Assembly: GCA_035527515.1 (NCBI GenBank)
Contig: DATLAJ010000108.1
Span: 321 to 64,320 of the forward strand
DNA: 64,000 nt
Reading direction: 5' to 3'
Source: a bacterium
GTDB lineage: Bacteria; B130-G9
Below, in pieces: positions 52,292-62,193 of the stretch; positions within the stretch are counted from its first letter, which is position 1, and every line of letters starts with the position of its first letter. Under the pieces are notes generated by a model. The model did not search any database. It was not told the origin of the DNA and saw nothing but the letters and a program-made list of their open reading frames with translations. The translations under genes were made by a program, and so were the position numbers.

Positions 52292-52644
52292 AAGAACGCC
52301 TCCTGTGTAGGTATCACGGGGCCTCTGGACACAACGTCTCCCGTTTGTGAGCGCCGGTCGGAATGGTTCTTCCCATGAATGCTCTCCCTCATCTGCTCTG
52401 GTTCATTTCTGTTGCTTGAATAAGGGCATCCGGCCACCGCGGACGAAAGAGGCGTCAAGGGACCGCACACCAAATGTGCCTTGGATATTGCGATCATTCT
52501 GTGTGGTCGCTACGACTAACCTCTTGTCTTGACAGCAAGCATGCTCACGCTTAGTTTAGTGTGTTAGGATTTCGCTGGAATTATATAGCATATTAGCAGG
52601 ATGACTCCCGGCAGGTCAACTGGGCGGGGGCGGAGGTAACCTTG

Positions 52645-53685
52645 ATGTTTCAGTGGCTTTTTTCATTCTTCTCAAACGATCTGGCCATCGACCTGGGCAC
52701 AGCCAACAGCCTCGTTTACATGAAGAATCGGGGCATAGTGCTCAGCGAGCCATCCATCGTGGCGATTCAGCTCGATACCCATAAGGTCCTGGCGGTTGGC
52801 AAAAAGGCGAGGGAGATGGTTGGCAGAACGCCGGAGAACATACTCGCGATAAGGCCCTTGAGGGACGGCGTTATATCGGACTTCGAGGTAACAGAGAAGA
52901 TGCTTCGGCACTTCATCGGCATGGCGCACGGCGGTGGGGCAATCTCGAGGCCCTTCATCAGGCCCAGGATAATCGTTGCGGTGCCTTCGGGGATTACCCA
53001 GGTTGAGCGCAAGGCCGTCATCGAGTCGGCAACGAAGGCCGGGGCGGCAGAGGTTTATCTGGTTGAGGAGCCGATGGCGGCGGCCATCGGGGCAGGGCTG
53101 CCGATCGAGGAGCCAATAGGCAACATGATAGTCGATATCGGCGGCGGGACGACGGAGGTGGCGGTGATCTCACTCGGCGGGATGGTGTTCAAGCAGTCGC
53201 TTCGACTCGGAGGCGACAAGATGGATGACGACATCCAGCAATATATCAAGAGAAAACACAACCTACTGATCGGGCAGCGGATGGCTGAGTATGTGAAGAT
53301 ACAGGTGGGCTCGGCCTATCCGCTTCAGAAGACGCTTTCGGTCGAGATTCAGGGTCGAGACATAATAAGAGGGGTGCCGAAGCGCATTACGGTTACCGGT
53401 GACGAGATACGAGAAGCGCTGAAGGACACGGTAGATTCGATCGTGCATTTGATACGGCAGGCGCTTGAGAAAACGCCTCCGGAGCTTTCAGGAGACATCG
53501 CCGAGCGCGGTCTGACGATTTCAGGGGGCGGCTCACTGCTGAGGAATCTCGATCTACGCTTGAAGGACGAGACAGGGCTGCCTATCAAGATATCAGAGGA
53601 CCCGCTCACATCAGTGGCGCTCGGTGCAGGCCGGATGCTGAACAACCCCGACCTTCTGCGCAAGGTGTCGGCGATGTCAAGATAG
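52645..53685 (+). CDS. mreB: Rod-shape-determining protein MreB
   Basis: 'NDLAIDLGTANSLVYM', 'VEEPMAAAIGAGLPI' and 'MIVDIGGGTTEVAVISLGG'. The ATG at 52645 is preceded by GGAGGT. Confidence 0.95.
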   Translation: MFQWLFSFFSNDLAIDLGTANSLVYMKNRGIVLSEPSIVAIQLDTHKVLAVGKKAREMVGRTPENILAIRPLRDGVISDFEVTEKMLRHFIGMAHGGGAISRPFIRPRIIVAVPSGITQVERKAVIESATKAGAAEVYLVEEPMAAAIGAGLPIEEPIGNMIVDIGGGTTEVAVISLGGMVFKQSLRLGGDKMDDDIQQYIKRKHNLLIGQRMAEYVKIQVGSAYPLQKTLSVEIQGRDIIRGVPKRITVTGDEIREALKDTVDSIVHLIRQALEKTPPELSGDIAERGLTISGGGSLLRNLDLRLKDETGLPIKISEDPLTSVALGAGRMLNNPDLLRKVSAMSR

Positions 53686-53702
53686 CCGACCAGGGACGAG
53701 AC

Positions 53703-54557
53703 ATGCCTGCTTTCGCTAGTAAACACGGAACTCTTGTGTTGCTAGTAACCTACATCGCATCGTCAATCTACTTGCTCTCGTTGGACATTCGCAATCCTGA
53801 CCGGACGCTCATCGTCGAACGTGCCGTTATGGCCACATTCGCTCCGCTGCAATCCACCTGCGCGACGGTCTGCGAATTCATCGGGGATACGTTCCACACA
53901 TACGTCGATTTCGTCAACACCAATAAACTGAACGCAGAGTTGAAAAGGAAGGTCTCACGGCTTGAGGCCGAGAAGGCCAAGCTGATGGAAGCCGCCATTC
54001 AGAACGAGCGCCTCAGGAAGATCGTCAAGCTCGACGAGTCGAGGCGCTTCGACTCGCTTGTCTGCTCTGTGATAGGTGTTGATCCGTCCAAGCTCTTCAG
54101 CAGCGTGTTCATAGACCGGGGGTCTTCAGACAGCCTTAGTAGGAACACGCCCATCATCACTTACGATGGTGTCGTAGGCAAGATCGTTAAAGTCTCAAGC
54201 CACGTTGCACGTGTTCAGCTCTTGACGGACGCGAGGTCCAGCATAGCGGTGCTGGTGCAGCGGTCGAGGGCGCCGGGGATACTCCAGGGCACCGGCACGA
54301 ACCTCTGCGAGATGGTCTATATCGACGCGGCGGCAGATATAAGAACGGGCGATACGCTGCTGACCTCGGGATTCGGCGGAGTTTTCCCACGCGGCCTGAG
54401 GGTCGGAAGGGTTCGCTCAGTTGTTAAAAAGAAGGGGGCGCTGACCAAGAGCGCTAAGGTCTCCCCCCTTATCAATGTTCACCAGCTGGAGGAAGTTCTC
54501 GCACTGGTGGCGGAGCGAAAGAGCGAGCTTGAAAAGATCGAGAGGCAGCAGTGGTAG
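53703..54557 (+). CDS. mreC: Rod-shape-determining protein MreC
   Basis: N-terminal TM helix, coiled coil 'LNAELKRKVSRLEAEKAKLMEAAIQNERLRK', then 'PIITYDGVVGKIVKVSSHVARVQLLTD...SGFGGVFPRGLRVGRV'. Confidence 0.85.
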   Translation: MPAFASKHGTLVLLVTYIASSIYLLSLDIRNPDRTLIVERAVMATFAPLQSTCATVCEFIGDTFHTYVDFVNTNKLNAELKRKVSRLEAEKAKLMEAAIQNERLRKIVKLDESRRFDSLVCSVIGVDPSKLFSSVFIDRGSSDSLSRNTPIITYDGVVGKIVKVSSHVARVQLLTDARSSIAVLVQRSRAPGILQGTGTNLCEMVYIDAAADIRTGDTLLTSGFGGVFPRGLRVGRVRSVVKKKGALTKSAKVSPLINVHQLEEVLALVAERKSELEKIERQQW

Positions 54558-56923
54558 CGAAGCGTGGGTCAGGTAGGGGCAGAAAGTTGATCAAAACGCT
54601 GGCGTGGCTCATCCTAATTATGGTGGTGCTTGGGGCCGTAGCCGGCTTTGCTGTGTATTCAAGACTTGCATCCAACCTCCCATCTATCGAGATACTCGAC
54701 GATTTCAGGCCGAGCCTCGCCTCACTGGTCTATGACGGCAAGGGCGACAAAGTGCACGAGTTCTACATTGAGCGACGAATATGGACGCCAATCGAGAGAA
54801 TCCCCAAACTCATGCAGCAGGCGATCATCGCCGTGGAGGACGCGAGGTTCTACTCACACGGCGGCGTCGATTGGCTCGGCATCCTTCGCGCCATGTGGGC
54901 GAACCTCCGCAAAAGACGCATCGAACAAGGCGCAAGCACAATCACCCAACAGCTGGCGAGGCGACTCTTCCTAACGCCTGAAAAAACTTACAAGCGAAAG
55001 ATAAGGGAGATAATCCTCGCCTGCCAGATCGAGAAGAAGCTGGCCAACAAGCAAAGGATCCTGGAGTACTACCTCAACGAGATATATTTTGGGTCCGGCG
55101 CCTATGGCGTCGCGGCCGCAGCACAGGTGTACTTCGGCAAGCCGCTGCAGGAGCTCTCCATGCCTCAGTTCGCCCTGCTTGCCGGTCTGCCTCGCGCACC
55201 GAGCAGGTATTCACCGCTGAGGAACCCGTCCCTGGCTCAGAGACGACGGAACTTCGCTATCCGGCGAATGGCGGATGTGGGGCTCATCTCCGAGCAACTC
55301 TGCCGCGAGGCGACCGCAACCCCTCTTAATACTGTCGACCCGGACAAATCAATGAAGACGACTTGCGGAGCTTGGTTCTTCGAGCACATCCGGCGCAGCT
55401 GCCTTGAGATATTCAAGGCGCCATCGGAGAAATTAGAAGACGAGAATGAACAGGAAACGGAGACCATGCTTTTTGGGGCTTCTCCCGCAGACATGGTCTA
55501 TCGCGATGGCCTGAACATCTATTCGACGATCGATATGAGGCTTCAGTGTGCGGCTGAGAGTGCGCTTGACAGGGGGCTGAGGGAGGTGGACAAGCGGGAG
55601 GGTTTCCGCGGACCCGTTGAGGGCGGCAAGCTCGACGATGAGCTCGACAGGCAGCATATAAGGCCGGGCCTTATCACCCTGGCCACGGTGACCGGAATAA
55701 CACCCGAGGCGATTGCCGTCACGTTTGGCAAGGACATTCAGGGAACAATAGAGAAGAGACATTTCAAATGGGCTTTGAACAAGACGCACGAGCTTCTTAT
55801 AGCCACGGGCTCCGTAATTGAGGTCAAGGTGCGAGACAGCTTTCATGCCGATGACGAGGGTCCCGTCCCGCTCAGTCTGGACCAGGAACCTCTGGTGGAA
55901 GGAGCTTTAGTGGCAATAGACCTCCACACTGGTTATGTGAGGGCGATGGCAGGAGGCCGAAGCTTCAAAACAAGCGAGTTCAACAGGGCTATCCAGTCTC
56001 GCCGGCAGCCGGGTTCGGCCTTCAAACCTGTCATCTACACCACGGCAATAGATTCGGGAATGATCCCAACCGACATAATACTCGACGTTCCTGTCTATAT
56101 GGACGAGGTAGATACAGTCTGGAAGCCGGATAACTACGGCGAGCAAGTCTTCGGCCCAGTTACGCTTCAGACTGCGCTTGAGAAGTCCAAGAACCTTGCC
56201 ACGATTAACCTGATCAAGAGGCTAAGCCCCGGGCTCGCTCTTCACTACGCCCGGCTGCTCGGCATCAGATCAGACCTTGAGCCGGTCCTCTCGTTGGCGC
56301 TCGGCTCAATGGGCGTCAGTCTCCTGGAATTGACAAGCCTCTACGGCGTGATTGCGACCGAGGGCAAGCGATTTACACCAGTTTTCATCAAGGAGATAAC
56401 CGACCGGTCTGGGCAGCCGCTCTATGGTCAGGAGCCGGATATGGAGCAGGTTCTCAGTCCGCAGACCGCCTACGTTATGATCCACATGCTAAAAGGAGTC
56501 ATCCAGCGCGGCACTGGGATTAGGGCAAAGGAGCTGGGCCACAACCTCGCGGGCAAGACTGGCACAACGAACGATTTCGCCGATGCGTGGTTCGTTGGTT
56601 TCAGCCCCAACCTCGTTGTGGGGACTTGGGTAGGTTTCGACGAGCTAAAGCCAATCGGCAAGGGCGAGACTGGCGCGAGGGCAGCGCTTCCGATCTGGAT
56701 TGAATTCATGAAAGATGCGTTGAAAGACGAGCCTGAAGATGACTTCCCCGTGCCTGAAGGCATCGTGTTCAGGACGGTTGATTCCAAGACCGGGGAACTC
56801 GCCACTGACAAGACAGCCGACGCGATAATCGAGGCGTTCATCAAAGGCGCCGAGCCGCTTGAGCACACGGCATCCACTTCGCAAAGGGCGCTCCACTTCA
56901 GCGAGATCGACGCGGGGCTCTGA
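54551..56923 (+). CDS. mrcA: Class A penicillin-binding protein (PBP1A; glycosyltransferase plus transpeptidase)
   Basis: GT51 motifs 'EDARFYSHGGVD', 'GASTITQQLARR' and 'KRKIREIILA'. Transpeptidase motifs 'SAFKP' and 'KTGTTND'. Confidence 0.9.
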   Translation: MVAKRGSGRGRKLIKTLAWLILIMVVLGAVAGFAVYSRLASNLPSIEILDDFRPSLASLVYDGKGDKVHEFYIERRIWTPIERIPKLMQQAIIAVEDARFYSHGGVDWLGILRAMWANLRKRRIEQGASTITQQLARRLFLTPEKTYKRKIREIILACQIEKKLANKQRILEYYLNEIYFGSGAYGVAAAAQVYFGKPLQELSMPQFALLAGLPRAPSRYSPLRNPSLAQRRRNFAIRRMADVGLISEQLCREATATPLNTVDPDKSMKTTCGAWFFEHIRRSCLEIFKAPSEKLEDENEQETETMLFGASPADMVYRDGLNIYSTIDMRLQCAAESALDRGLREVDKREGFRGPVEGGKLDDELDRQHIRPGLITLATVTGITPEAIAVTFGKDIQGTIEKRHFKWALNKTHELLIATGSVIEVKVRDSFHADDEGPVPLSLDQEPLVEGALVAIDLHTGYVRAMAGGRSFKTSEFNRAIQSRRQPGSAFKPVIYTTAIDSGMIPTDIILDVPVYMDEVDTVWKPDNYGEQVFGPVTLQTALEKSKNLATINLIKRLSPGLALHYARLLGIRSDLEPVLSLALGSMGVSLLELTSLYGVIATEGKRFTPVFIKEITDRSGQPLYGQEPDMEQVLSPQTAYVMIHMLKGVIQRGTGIRAKELGHNLAGKTGTTNDFADAWFVGFSPNLVVGTWVGFDELKPIGKGETGARAALPIWIEFMKDALKDEPEDDFPVPEGIVFRTVDSKTGELATDKTADAIIEAFIKGAEPLEHTASTSQRALHFSEIDAGL

Positions 56924-56926
56924 TCG

Positions 56927-57214
56927 ATGGCTAAAGGGAGAAAGATCAAAAAAGCGGCCGCTCTTGCCTACGACCACAGGGGTCCAGAGGCGCCGAGGCT
57001 GATTGCGAAGGGCAAAGGAGACCTGGCGGAGAAGATCATAAAGCTTGCCAAGGAACACGACATAGCGATTAAGGAAGATGCTGACCTGGTCGAGGCGCTG
57101 ATGCTGCTGGACCTGGAGGAGGCGATTCCAGCCGAGCTCTACAAGGTCGTGGCGGAGATACTCGCCTTCGTGTATTCTCTCAATCAAAAATGGAAACAGC
57201 TCAATCTGGGATAA
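56927..57214 (+). CDS. FlhB C-terminal-domain-like protein (YlqH/FhlB family)
   Basis: 95 aa. 'AAALAYDHRGPEAPRLIAKGKGDLAEKIIKLAKEHDIAIKEDADLVEAL...IPAELYKVVAEILAFVY' closely follows the stand-alone EscU/FlhB-CTD homolog pattern. Confidence 0.8.
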   Translation: MAKGRKIKKAAALAYDHRGPEAPRLIAKGKGDLAEKIIKLAKEHDIAIKEDADLVEALMLLDLEEAIPAELYKVVAEILAFVYSLNQKWKQLNLG

Positions 57215-57264
57215 ATGTAGGATTGCTCGTTGTGTAGTTTGGCTAGAGTGGAAGGAGATTAAAA

Positions 57265-57900
57265 TTGGACGAGCGTGGCATCAAGGATTCTCTTATAGTG
57301 GGCGAGCAGGAGCGGCTATGTGAGCTCGTCAGAAGCGCGCTGGAAGATGGCGACTCGGCGAAGGCGATTCTGGACGTGATGATCGAGGGTATGGGTGTCA
57401 TCGGCGACCGTTTTCAGAAGAAAGAGATATTCATCCCAGAGGTCCTGCTAGCGGCAAGGGCGATGACCTCTGCGACGGAGATTCTGAAACCCATTCTCGC
57501 CGAGTCCGGCAGCAAGCCTCTCGGGACAGTCATAATCGGGACGGTTCTAGGCGATCTGCACGACATAGGTAAGAACATAGTCGGGATGATGCTCAAGGGG
57601 AATGGGTTCGAGGTGATAAACCTGGGCCGGGACGTCGCGCCGGAGAAGTTCGTTGAGACCGCGAAAGAGAGCGGCGCAAAGGTGATTGGGCTGTCCTCGC
57701 TCGTAACGACATCGATGCCGCAGATGAAGCGGACGATAGAGCTTCTGAGGCAGGAAGGTCTGAACGGAAGTGTCGCTGTCATGGTGGGCGGCGCCCCGGT
57801 AACGCAGGAGTTCGCAGATTCGATCGGCGCAGACGGCTACGCGGACGACGCTCCCGGAGCGGTCCAGAAAGCCAAGGAGTTCCTACAAATTGAACAATAG
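57265..57900 (+). CDS. Cobalamin-binding corrinoid protein (B12-cap plus Rossmann B12-binding domain)
   Basis: 'GTVLGDLHDIGKNIV' is the DxHxxG motif, followed by 'GLSSLVTTS' and 'VMVGGAPV'. There is an N-terminal helical cap. TTG start. Confidence 0.8.
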   Translation: MDERGIKDSLIVGEQERLCELVRSALEDGDSAKAILDVMIEGMGVIGDRFQKKEIFIPEVLLAARAMTSATEILKPILAESGSKPLGTVIIGTVLGDLHDIGKNIVGMMLKGNGFEVINLGRDVAPEKFVETAKESGAKVIGLSSLVTTSMPQMKRTIELLRQEGLNGSVAVMVGGAPVTQEFADSIGADGYADDAPGAVQKAKEFLQIEQ

Positions 57901-58801
57901 ACTCTCGGAGCTCCTTGCCAAGAAGACGCTGCTCATCGTTGACGGCGCGATGGGGACGATGCTCCAGAGCGCTGGGCTCGGCGTCGGAGAGTGCCCCGAG
58001 CTTTGGAACATCAATCGCCCAGACAGCATTCGGCAGATCCACGAGGCGTATCTCAACGCTGGCGCGGATGTGATCCTTACGAACACTTTTGGCGGCTCCC
58101 CAAAAAAACTGTCCATGTTCGGCCTAGCGCATCGGGCAGTGGCGATAAACCGCGCAGGTGCACAGCTTGCGGCGCAGGCTCGTGAATCTTGTGGCAGATA
58201 TAAAGCAGCTCTCATTTTCGGCAGCGTCGGACCCACGGGCGAGCTTCTCGAGCCGCTCGGCACAGCAACCCTCGAGGCGATGATTGAGCAGTTCGCAGTT
58301 CAGATCGAGGCGCTTGTAGAGGGCGGCGTTGACGCGATCATGGTCGAGACGATGATCTCGCCGGAGGAGGCGATTGCCGCCGCCAGTGCTGGCAAGACCG
58401 TCCAAGAGTCGCTCCCAATCGTCATCAACCTCACATACGAGCCCACGCCTCGCGGGCCGCGAACGATGATGGGCACGAGCCCTGAGCGGTTCATCCAAAT
58501 GCTCTCGGAGCAAGGCGTGAACGTGGATGGCGTTGGAACTAACTGTGGGACAGGCGCGGATGACATGGTCTCGGTCGTCTCGGCGCTTAGAGGCTGCACC
58601 GACCTGCCGATCGTCGCGTATCCAAACGCTGGGATGCCGAGGATGCAGGACGGCATGGCCGTCTATGACGAGTCGCCGGAAGCATTCTCCGAGAAAACCG
58701 CCAAACTCGCCGATGCGGGCGCGACGATGATCGGCGGCTGCTGCGGGACAACGCCGGAGCACATACAGCACCTATGCAGGAGGTTGGCCAATGTCCGCTA
58801 G
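57890..58801 (+). CDS. Homocysteine S-methyltransferase domain protein (MetH Hcy-binding module)
   Basis: 'LLIVDGAMGTML', 'ILTNTFG' and 'IGGCCGTTPEHI' (zinc-binding Cys pair). TTG start overlapping the corrinoid gene by 11 nt. Confidence 0.8.
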   Translation: MNNRLSELLAKKTLLIVDGAMGTMLQSAGLGVGECPELWNINRPDSIRQIHEAYLNAGADVILTNTFGGSPKKLSMFGLAHRAVAINRAGAQLAAQARESCGRYKAALIFGSVGPTGELLEPLGTATLEAMIEQFAVQIEALVEGGVDAIMVETMISPEEAIAAASAGKTVQESLPIVINLTYEPTPRGPRTMMGTSPERFIQMLSEQGVNVDGVGTNCGTGADDMVSVVSALRGCTDLPIVAYPNAGMPRMQDGMAVYDESPEAFSEKTAKLADAGATMIGGCCGTTPEHIQHLCRRLANVR

Positions 58802-58872
58802 ACCAGAAACCGACAACGTCATCGACGTCCCCATCCTCGAACAGCCACTGAGGACACAGTCCGGGGCTTAAG

Positions 58873-59538
58873 ATGCGCCTCAATAACCGCTTCGTCCTTG
58901 CCACGGCGCCTCGCCTAATAAGCCTGCTGGTCAGGTTACTCGGCCGGACGATAAGATTCTCTACGGTAGGGCTCGAGAAGATAGATGACAGATGGCGTCA
59001 GAACCTCCCTTCCATCTTCGCTCTGTGGCACCAGCGCCTCCTGATGATGCCACTGGCCTACGGGGGCAACGGCCTTTATGTCCTGATCAGCAACCACCGA
59101 GACGGTGAGCTCATAGCCCGAGCGGTCTCGCACCTGGGCATCCACGCCATTAGGGGCTCAGCGACAAGGGGAGGAATAACGGCCTTCAGGCAAATGGCAC
59201 AGGTTCTGCGCACAGGCAAAGATGTGGCCATAACGCCTGATGGGCCACGGGGACCCAAGTGGAAGGCCCATAAAGGCGCCATTGTTCTGGCCAAGCTGGC
59301 CAGCGTCCCGATCTTCCCCGTTACTTACGCCTGCTCGAGACAGAAGGAGTTCAATAGCTGGGACAACTTCATTCTTCCCGCCCCCTTTGGTCGAGGCGCA
59401 TTTGTATCCGGCGAGCCGATTGAGGTCCCGAAGGATGCGGATGCGCAGACCATAGAATCGCTCAGGCAGCTTCTCCAGACAAGATTGATTGAGATAACGA
59501 GGCAGGCCGAGGAGCTCGTGCGTGGCAGGGCTTCTTGA
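58873..59538 (+). CDS. DUF374-family (lysophospholipid acyltransferase-like) protein
   Basis: 'WHQRLLMMPLAY...SNHRDGELIARAV..LG...IRGSATRGG...GKDVAITPDGPRGP' is the DUF374 pattern. This family is commonly found upstream of waaA. Confidence 0.8.
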   Translation: MRLNNRFVLATAPRLISLLVRLLGRTIRFSTVGLEKIDDRWRQNLPSIFALWHQRLLMMPLAYGGNGLYVLISNHRDGELIARAVSHLGIHAIRGSATRGGITAFRQMAQVLRTGKDVAITPDGPRGPKWKAHKGAIVLAKLASVPIFPVTYACSRQKEFNSWDNFILPAPFGRGAFVSGEPIEVPKDADAQTIESLRQLLQTRLIEITRQAEELVRGRAS

Positions 59539-59604
59539 CAACCTCTGTGCCCCACGGGAGCACGTGAGCCTGGTGGATGTCTGCCAGCATACGGATGACG
59601 CAGC

Positions 59605-60918
59605 GTGATCTTCATCTACAACCTTCTTCTCCATACTGCCCTCATTGTTCTCTCGCCAATTGCCGTTCCCATTCTGCTCTGGTCGCACAAACACAGGGCA
59701 AACCTGTGGGAGCGGCTCGGCCTCATCAGGCGCCAAGCAAGGGCAGCGCTTGCGAGCCTCAGCCAGAGGCCGATCTTGGTCCATGCCGTCTCGGTCGGCG
59801 AGGTTGGCGTGGCGCTAGAGATCATCCAGCACCTCAAGAAACTCGGTCTGCCAATAGTTCTCTCGACAATCACGACAACTGGGCAAGCATTTGCCCAGGA
59901 ACGGCTGGCAGACGATGTCATCACGCTCTATCTGCCCCTCGACCTGCCATTCTTGATGAGGCGCTTCCTGCGGCGGACAAACCCACGCTCCGCGATAATC
60001 GTGGAGACGGAGCTCTGGCCGAACTTCATCAATGAGGCTAGCAAGAGCGGCATACCGGTCGCGCTGGTCAACGGGCGCATCTCGGACAAGTCTCTTGGCC
60101 GCTACTGGCGAACACGACTGTTATGGCGACGTATCCTTCCCAAACTGACCGCGGTCTTGGTCCAGTCGGAGCAGGACAAAAGAAGGTTCGCCAGCATCGG
60201 CGCCCCGGAGCGCAATCTGGAGGTCGTCGGGACGGTGAAGTTCGACGTATCCCCGCGAGAGCTCACCGCCTCAAAGAGACAGCACGCTGCGAGATCGTTC
60301 GGCCTAGACGGATCGAGGACGGTGATCGTGGCCGGCAGCACGCACCCCGGGGAGGATGAGGTGGTCCTCGAGACCTTCGCGTCACTGAAACGAGAACGTC
60401 CCGAACTTGCGATGATCATCGCCCCAAGACACGTCGAGCGAGGGCCCGAGGTCGGTCAACTAGCCGCTCAAAACGGCCTGTCTTACGTCCTGAGAAGCAA
60501 GCAGGGCACATCTTATTCGGGCGACTTCGACGTTCTCGTCCTCGACACTATCGGAGAGCTGGCGCGGGCCTACCAGACCGCCGCGGTAGCCTTCGTCGGG
60601 AAAAGCCTCAGTAACAAGTTTCGAGGCGGGCACAATCCGATCGAGCCGGCGGCCTGCGGCGTCCCGACCGTATTTGGGCCCAACATGCAGAACTTCCGGC
60701 ACATCGCCGCAACGTTGGTTTCCAGCGGGGCCGCGATTCAGATTGATAACTCAGATCAACTGCTGGGAGTGATCTCCGAGGTGCTGAAATCTCCCGAAAA
60801 GCGGGAGCAGATGGCGAAGGCCGCAATAAAGGTCATCCAGGCCAACCGAGGCGCGACGGAGAGGACCGTGGCTATTCTTGAGCGTTCGGGCTTCTTCAGA
60901 GAGGATAGGCTCCAGTGA
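59605..60918 (+). CDS. waaA: 3-deoxy-D-manno-octulosonic acid (Kdo) transferase
   Basis: 'IYNLLLHTALIVLSP', 'VHAVSVGEVGVALEII', 'ETELWPNFI' and 'GGHNPIEPAACGVPTVFGPNMQNF' are WaaA/KdtA motifs. Confidence 0.9.
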   Translation: MIFIYNLLLHTALIVLSPIAVPILLWSHKHRANLWERLGLIRRQARAALASLSQRPILVHAVSVGEVGVALEIIQHLKKLGLPIVLSTITTTGQAFAQERLADDVITLYLPLDLPFLMRRFLRRTNPRSAIIVETELWPNFINEASKSGIPVALVNGRISDKSLGRYWRTRLLWRRILPKLTAVLVQSEQDKRRFASIGAPERNLEVVGTVKFDVSPRELTASKRQHAARSFGLDGSRTVIVAGSTHPGEDEVVLETFASLKRERPELAMIIAPRHVERGPEVGQLAAQNGLSYVLRSKQGTSYSGDFDVLVLDTIGELARAYQTAAVAFVGKSLSNKFRGGHNPIEPAACGVPTVFGPNMQNFRHIAATLVSSGAAIQIDNSDQLLGVISEVLKSPEKREQMAKAAIKVIQANRGATERTVAILERSGFFREDRLQ

Positions 60919-62114
60919 GGTCCAGGCCGGCCGCATCGCTTGCCTCGCGCTTGAAGGCTGTGCTGCTCGCTCGCCTCGACCCGGGCCTCGCCATGCCAGT
61001 TGAGGCGGACGAGAACGCTCGCATATTGCCGCAGTCACACAGTTTCCTAACGACGGCCGTCCTGGGTCTGCTGGAGCCATTCTCGGTCGCCTACGGTGCT
61101 GGAGTAATGACCAGGAATTGGCTCTACAAGACCGGAAAACTGAAGACACACCGGCCGGCGTGTCCAACGGTCTGCGTGGGCAATATCACGGCCGGGGGCA
61201 CTGGCAAGACGCCAGCCGTCATACTTGTCTGCCAACTCCTCCGAGAGATGGGGAAGCGCCCGGCGGTGCTCTCGCGCGGCTATGGCCGCAGTGAGCGAGC
61301 GGTGCGAGTTCTCACGGCAGCCGAGCTCGAAGCCCTTGGGCCGAGACAGTCGCTCGCCCGCTTTGGGGACGAGGTGTTGACCATTGCGGGCCGCCTGCAC
61401 GATTTGCCCATCGTTGTGAGCGCAGACAGGGCAGCCGCGGCAAGGGCTGCATGTGAGACCTTCGCTCCTGACGTGCTCGTCATGGATGACGGGTTTGGCC
61501 ACCTGCGGCTGCAAAGGGACCTAGACATCCTGATGTTCGATGCGAGGTGGCCATTCGCCAACGGGCGCCTGCTCCCGCGAGGCCTGCTTCGAGAGCCGCT
61601 GTGGGCCATTGAACGGGCGAAGGTGGCCATAGTCTCCCGGACAGACCAATGCAGCCCTGAGGAGCTGGCAGCGACAGACGAGGCGATCCGCCGGCACAAC
61701 CCCGACATCACACTCATCCACTCCGTCCATCGCCCCACCGGACTCACGCGCATCTCCGACCAAGAGACGCTGCACTTGAACCATCTCAGCGCAAAGAAGG
61801 TCCTGGCCTTCTGCGGCATCGCACATCCCAAGAGCTTCTTCTCAACGCTCTCAAGGCTCGGCGCAGTGGTGACCGGCGTGCCGTTCCCCGACCACCACAT
61901 CTTTACAAAAAGGGAGATAGCTCGCCTCGTTGGTCGCCGGCACTCGGGCGGCTTCGATCTCACGGTGACAACTGAAAAGGACGCGCCACGGCTCTTCAAC
62001 CTATCGCGGGACGAGTCTCAGGAGGTTTTCGCTCTCGCCGTGGAGATCCGGCTCCTCCAAGATGGCGTTGAGAGGCTGCAAGAGGCACTGGCGCACGCGA
62101 TTGATAAGGTCTGA
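60915..62114 (+). CDS. lpxK: Tetraacyldisaccharide 4'-kinase
   Basis: P-loop 'VCVGNITAGGTGKTP', 'AVLSRGYGR', 'MDDGFGH' and 'TTEKDA'. A 4-nt overlap with waaA. Confidence 0.9.
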   Translation: MRSRPAASLASRLKAVLLARLDPGLAMPVEADENARILPQSHSFLTTAVLGLLEPFSVAYGAGVMTRNWLYKTGKLKTHRPACPTVCVGNITAGGTGKTPAVILVCQLLREMGKRPAVLSRGYGRSERAVRVLTAAELEALGPRQSLARFGDEVLTIAGRLHDLPIVVSADRAAAARAACETFAPDVLVMDDGFGHLRLQRDLDILMFDARWPFANGRLLPRGLLREPLWAIERAKVAIVSRTDQCSPEELAATDEAIRRHNPDITLIHSVHRPTGLTRISDQETLHLNHLSAKKVLAFCGIAHPKSFFSTLSRLGAVVTGVPFPDHHIFTKREIARLVGRRHSGGFDLTVTTEKDAPRLFNLSRDESQEVFALAVEIRLLQDGVERLQEALAHAIDKV

Positions 62115-62193
62115 ATGAGGTTGGCGCCTTATCGGCGCCGTTGACCACGTAGGACAATCAAGCTACGACAGGCTCTCCAGTGTCGCGGCTAGT

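Noticed and set aside
52529-52557. Perfect TTGACA -35 hexamer with 17-nt spacing to TAGTTT, upstream of mreB.
   Set aside because: The -10 match is poor (3/6), and the element lies about 90 nt from the start codon with no further support. It is not reported as a feature.
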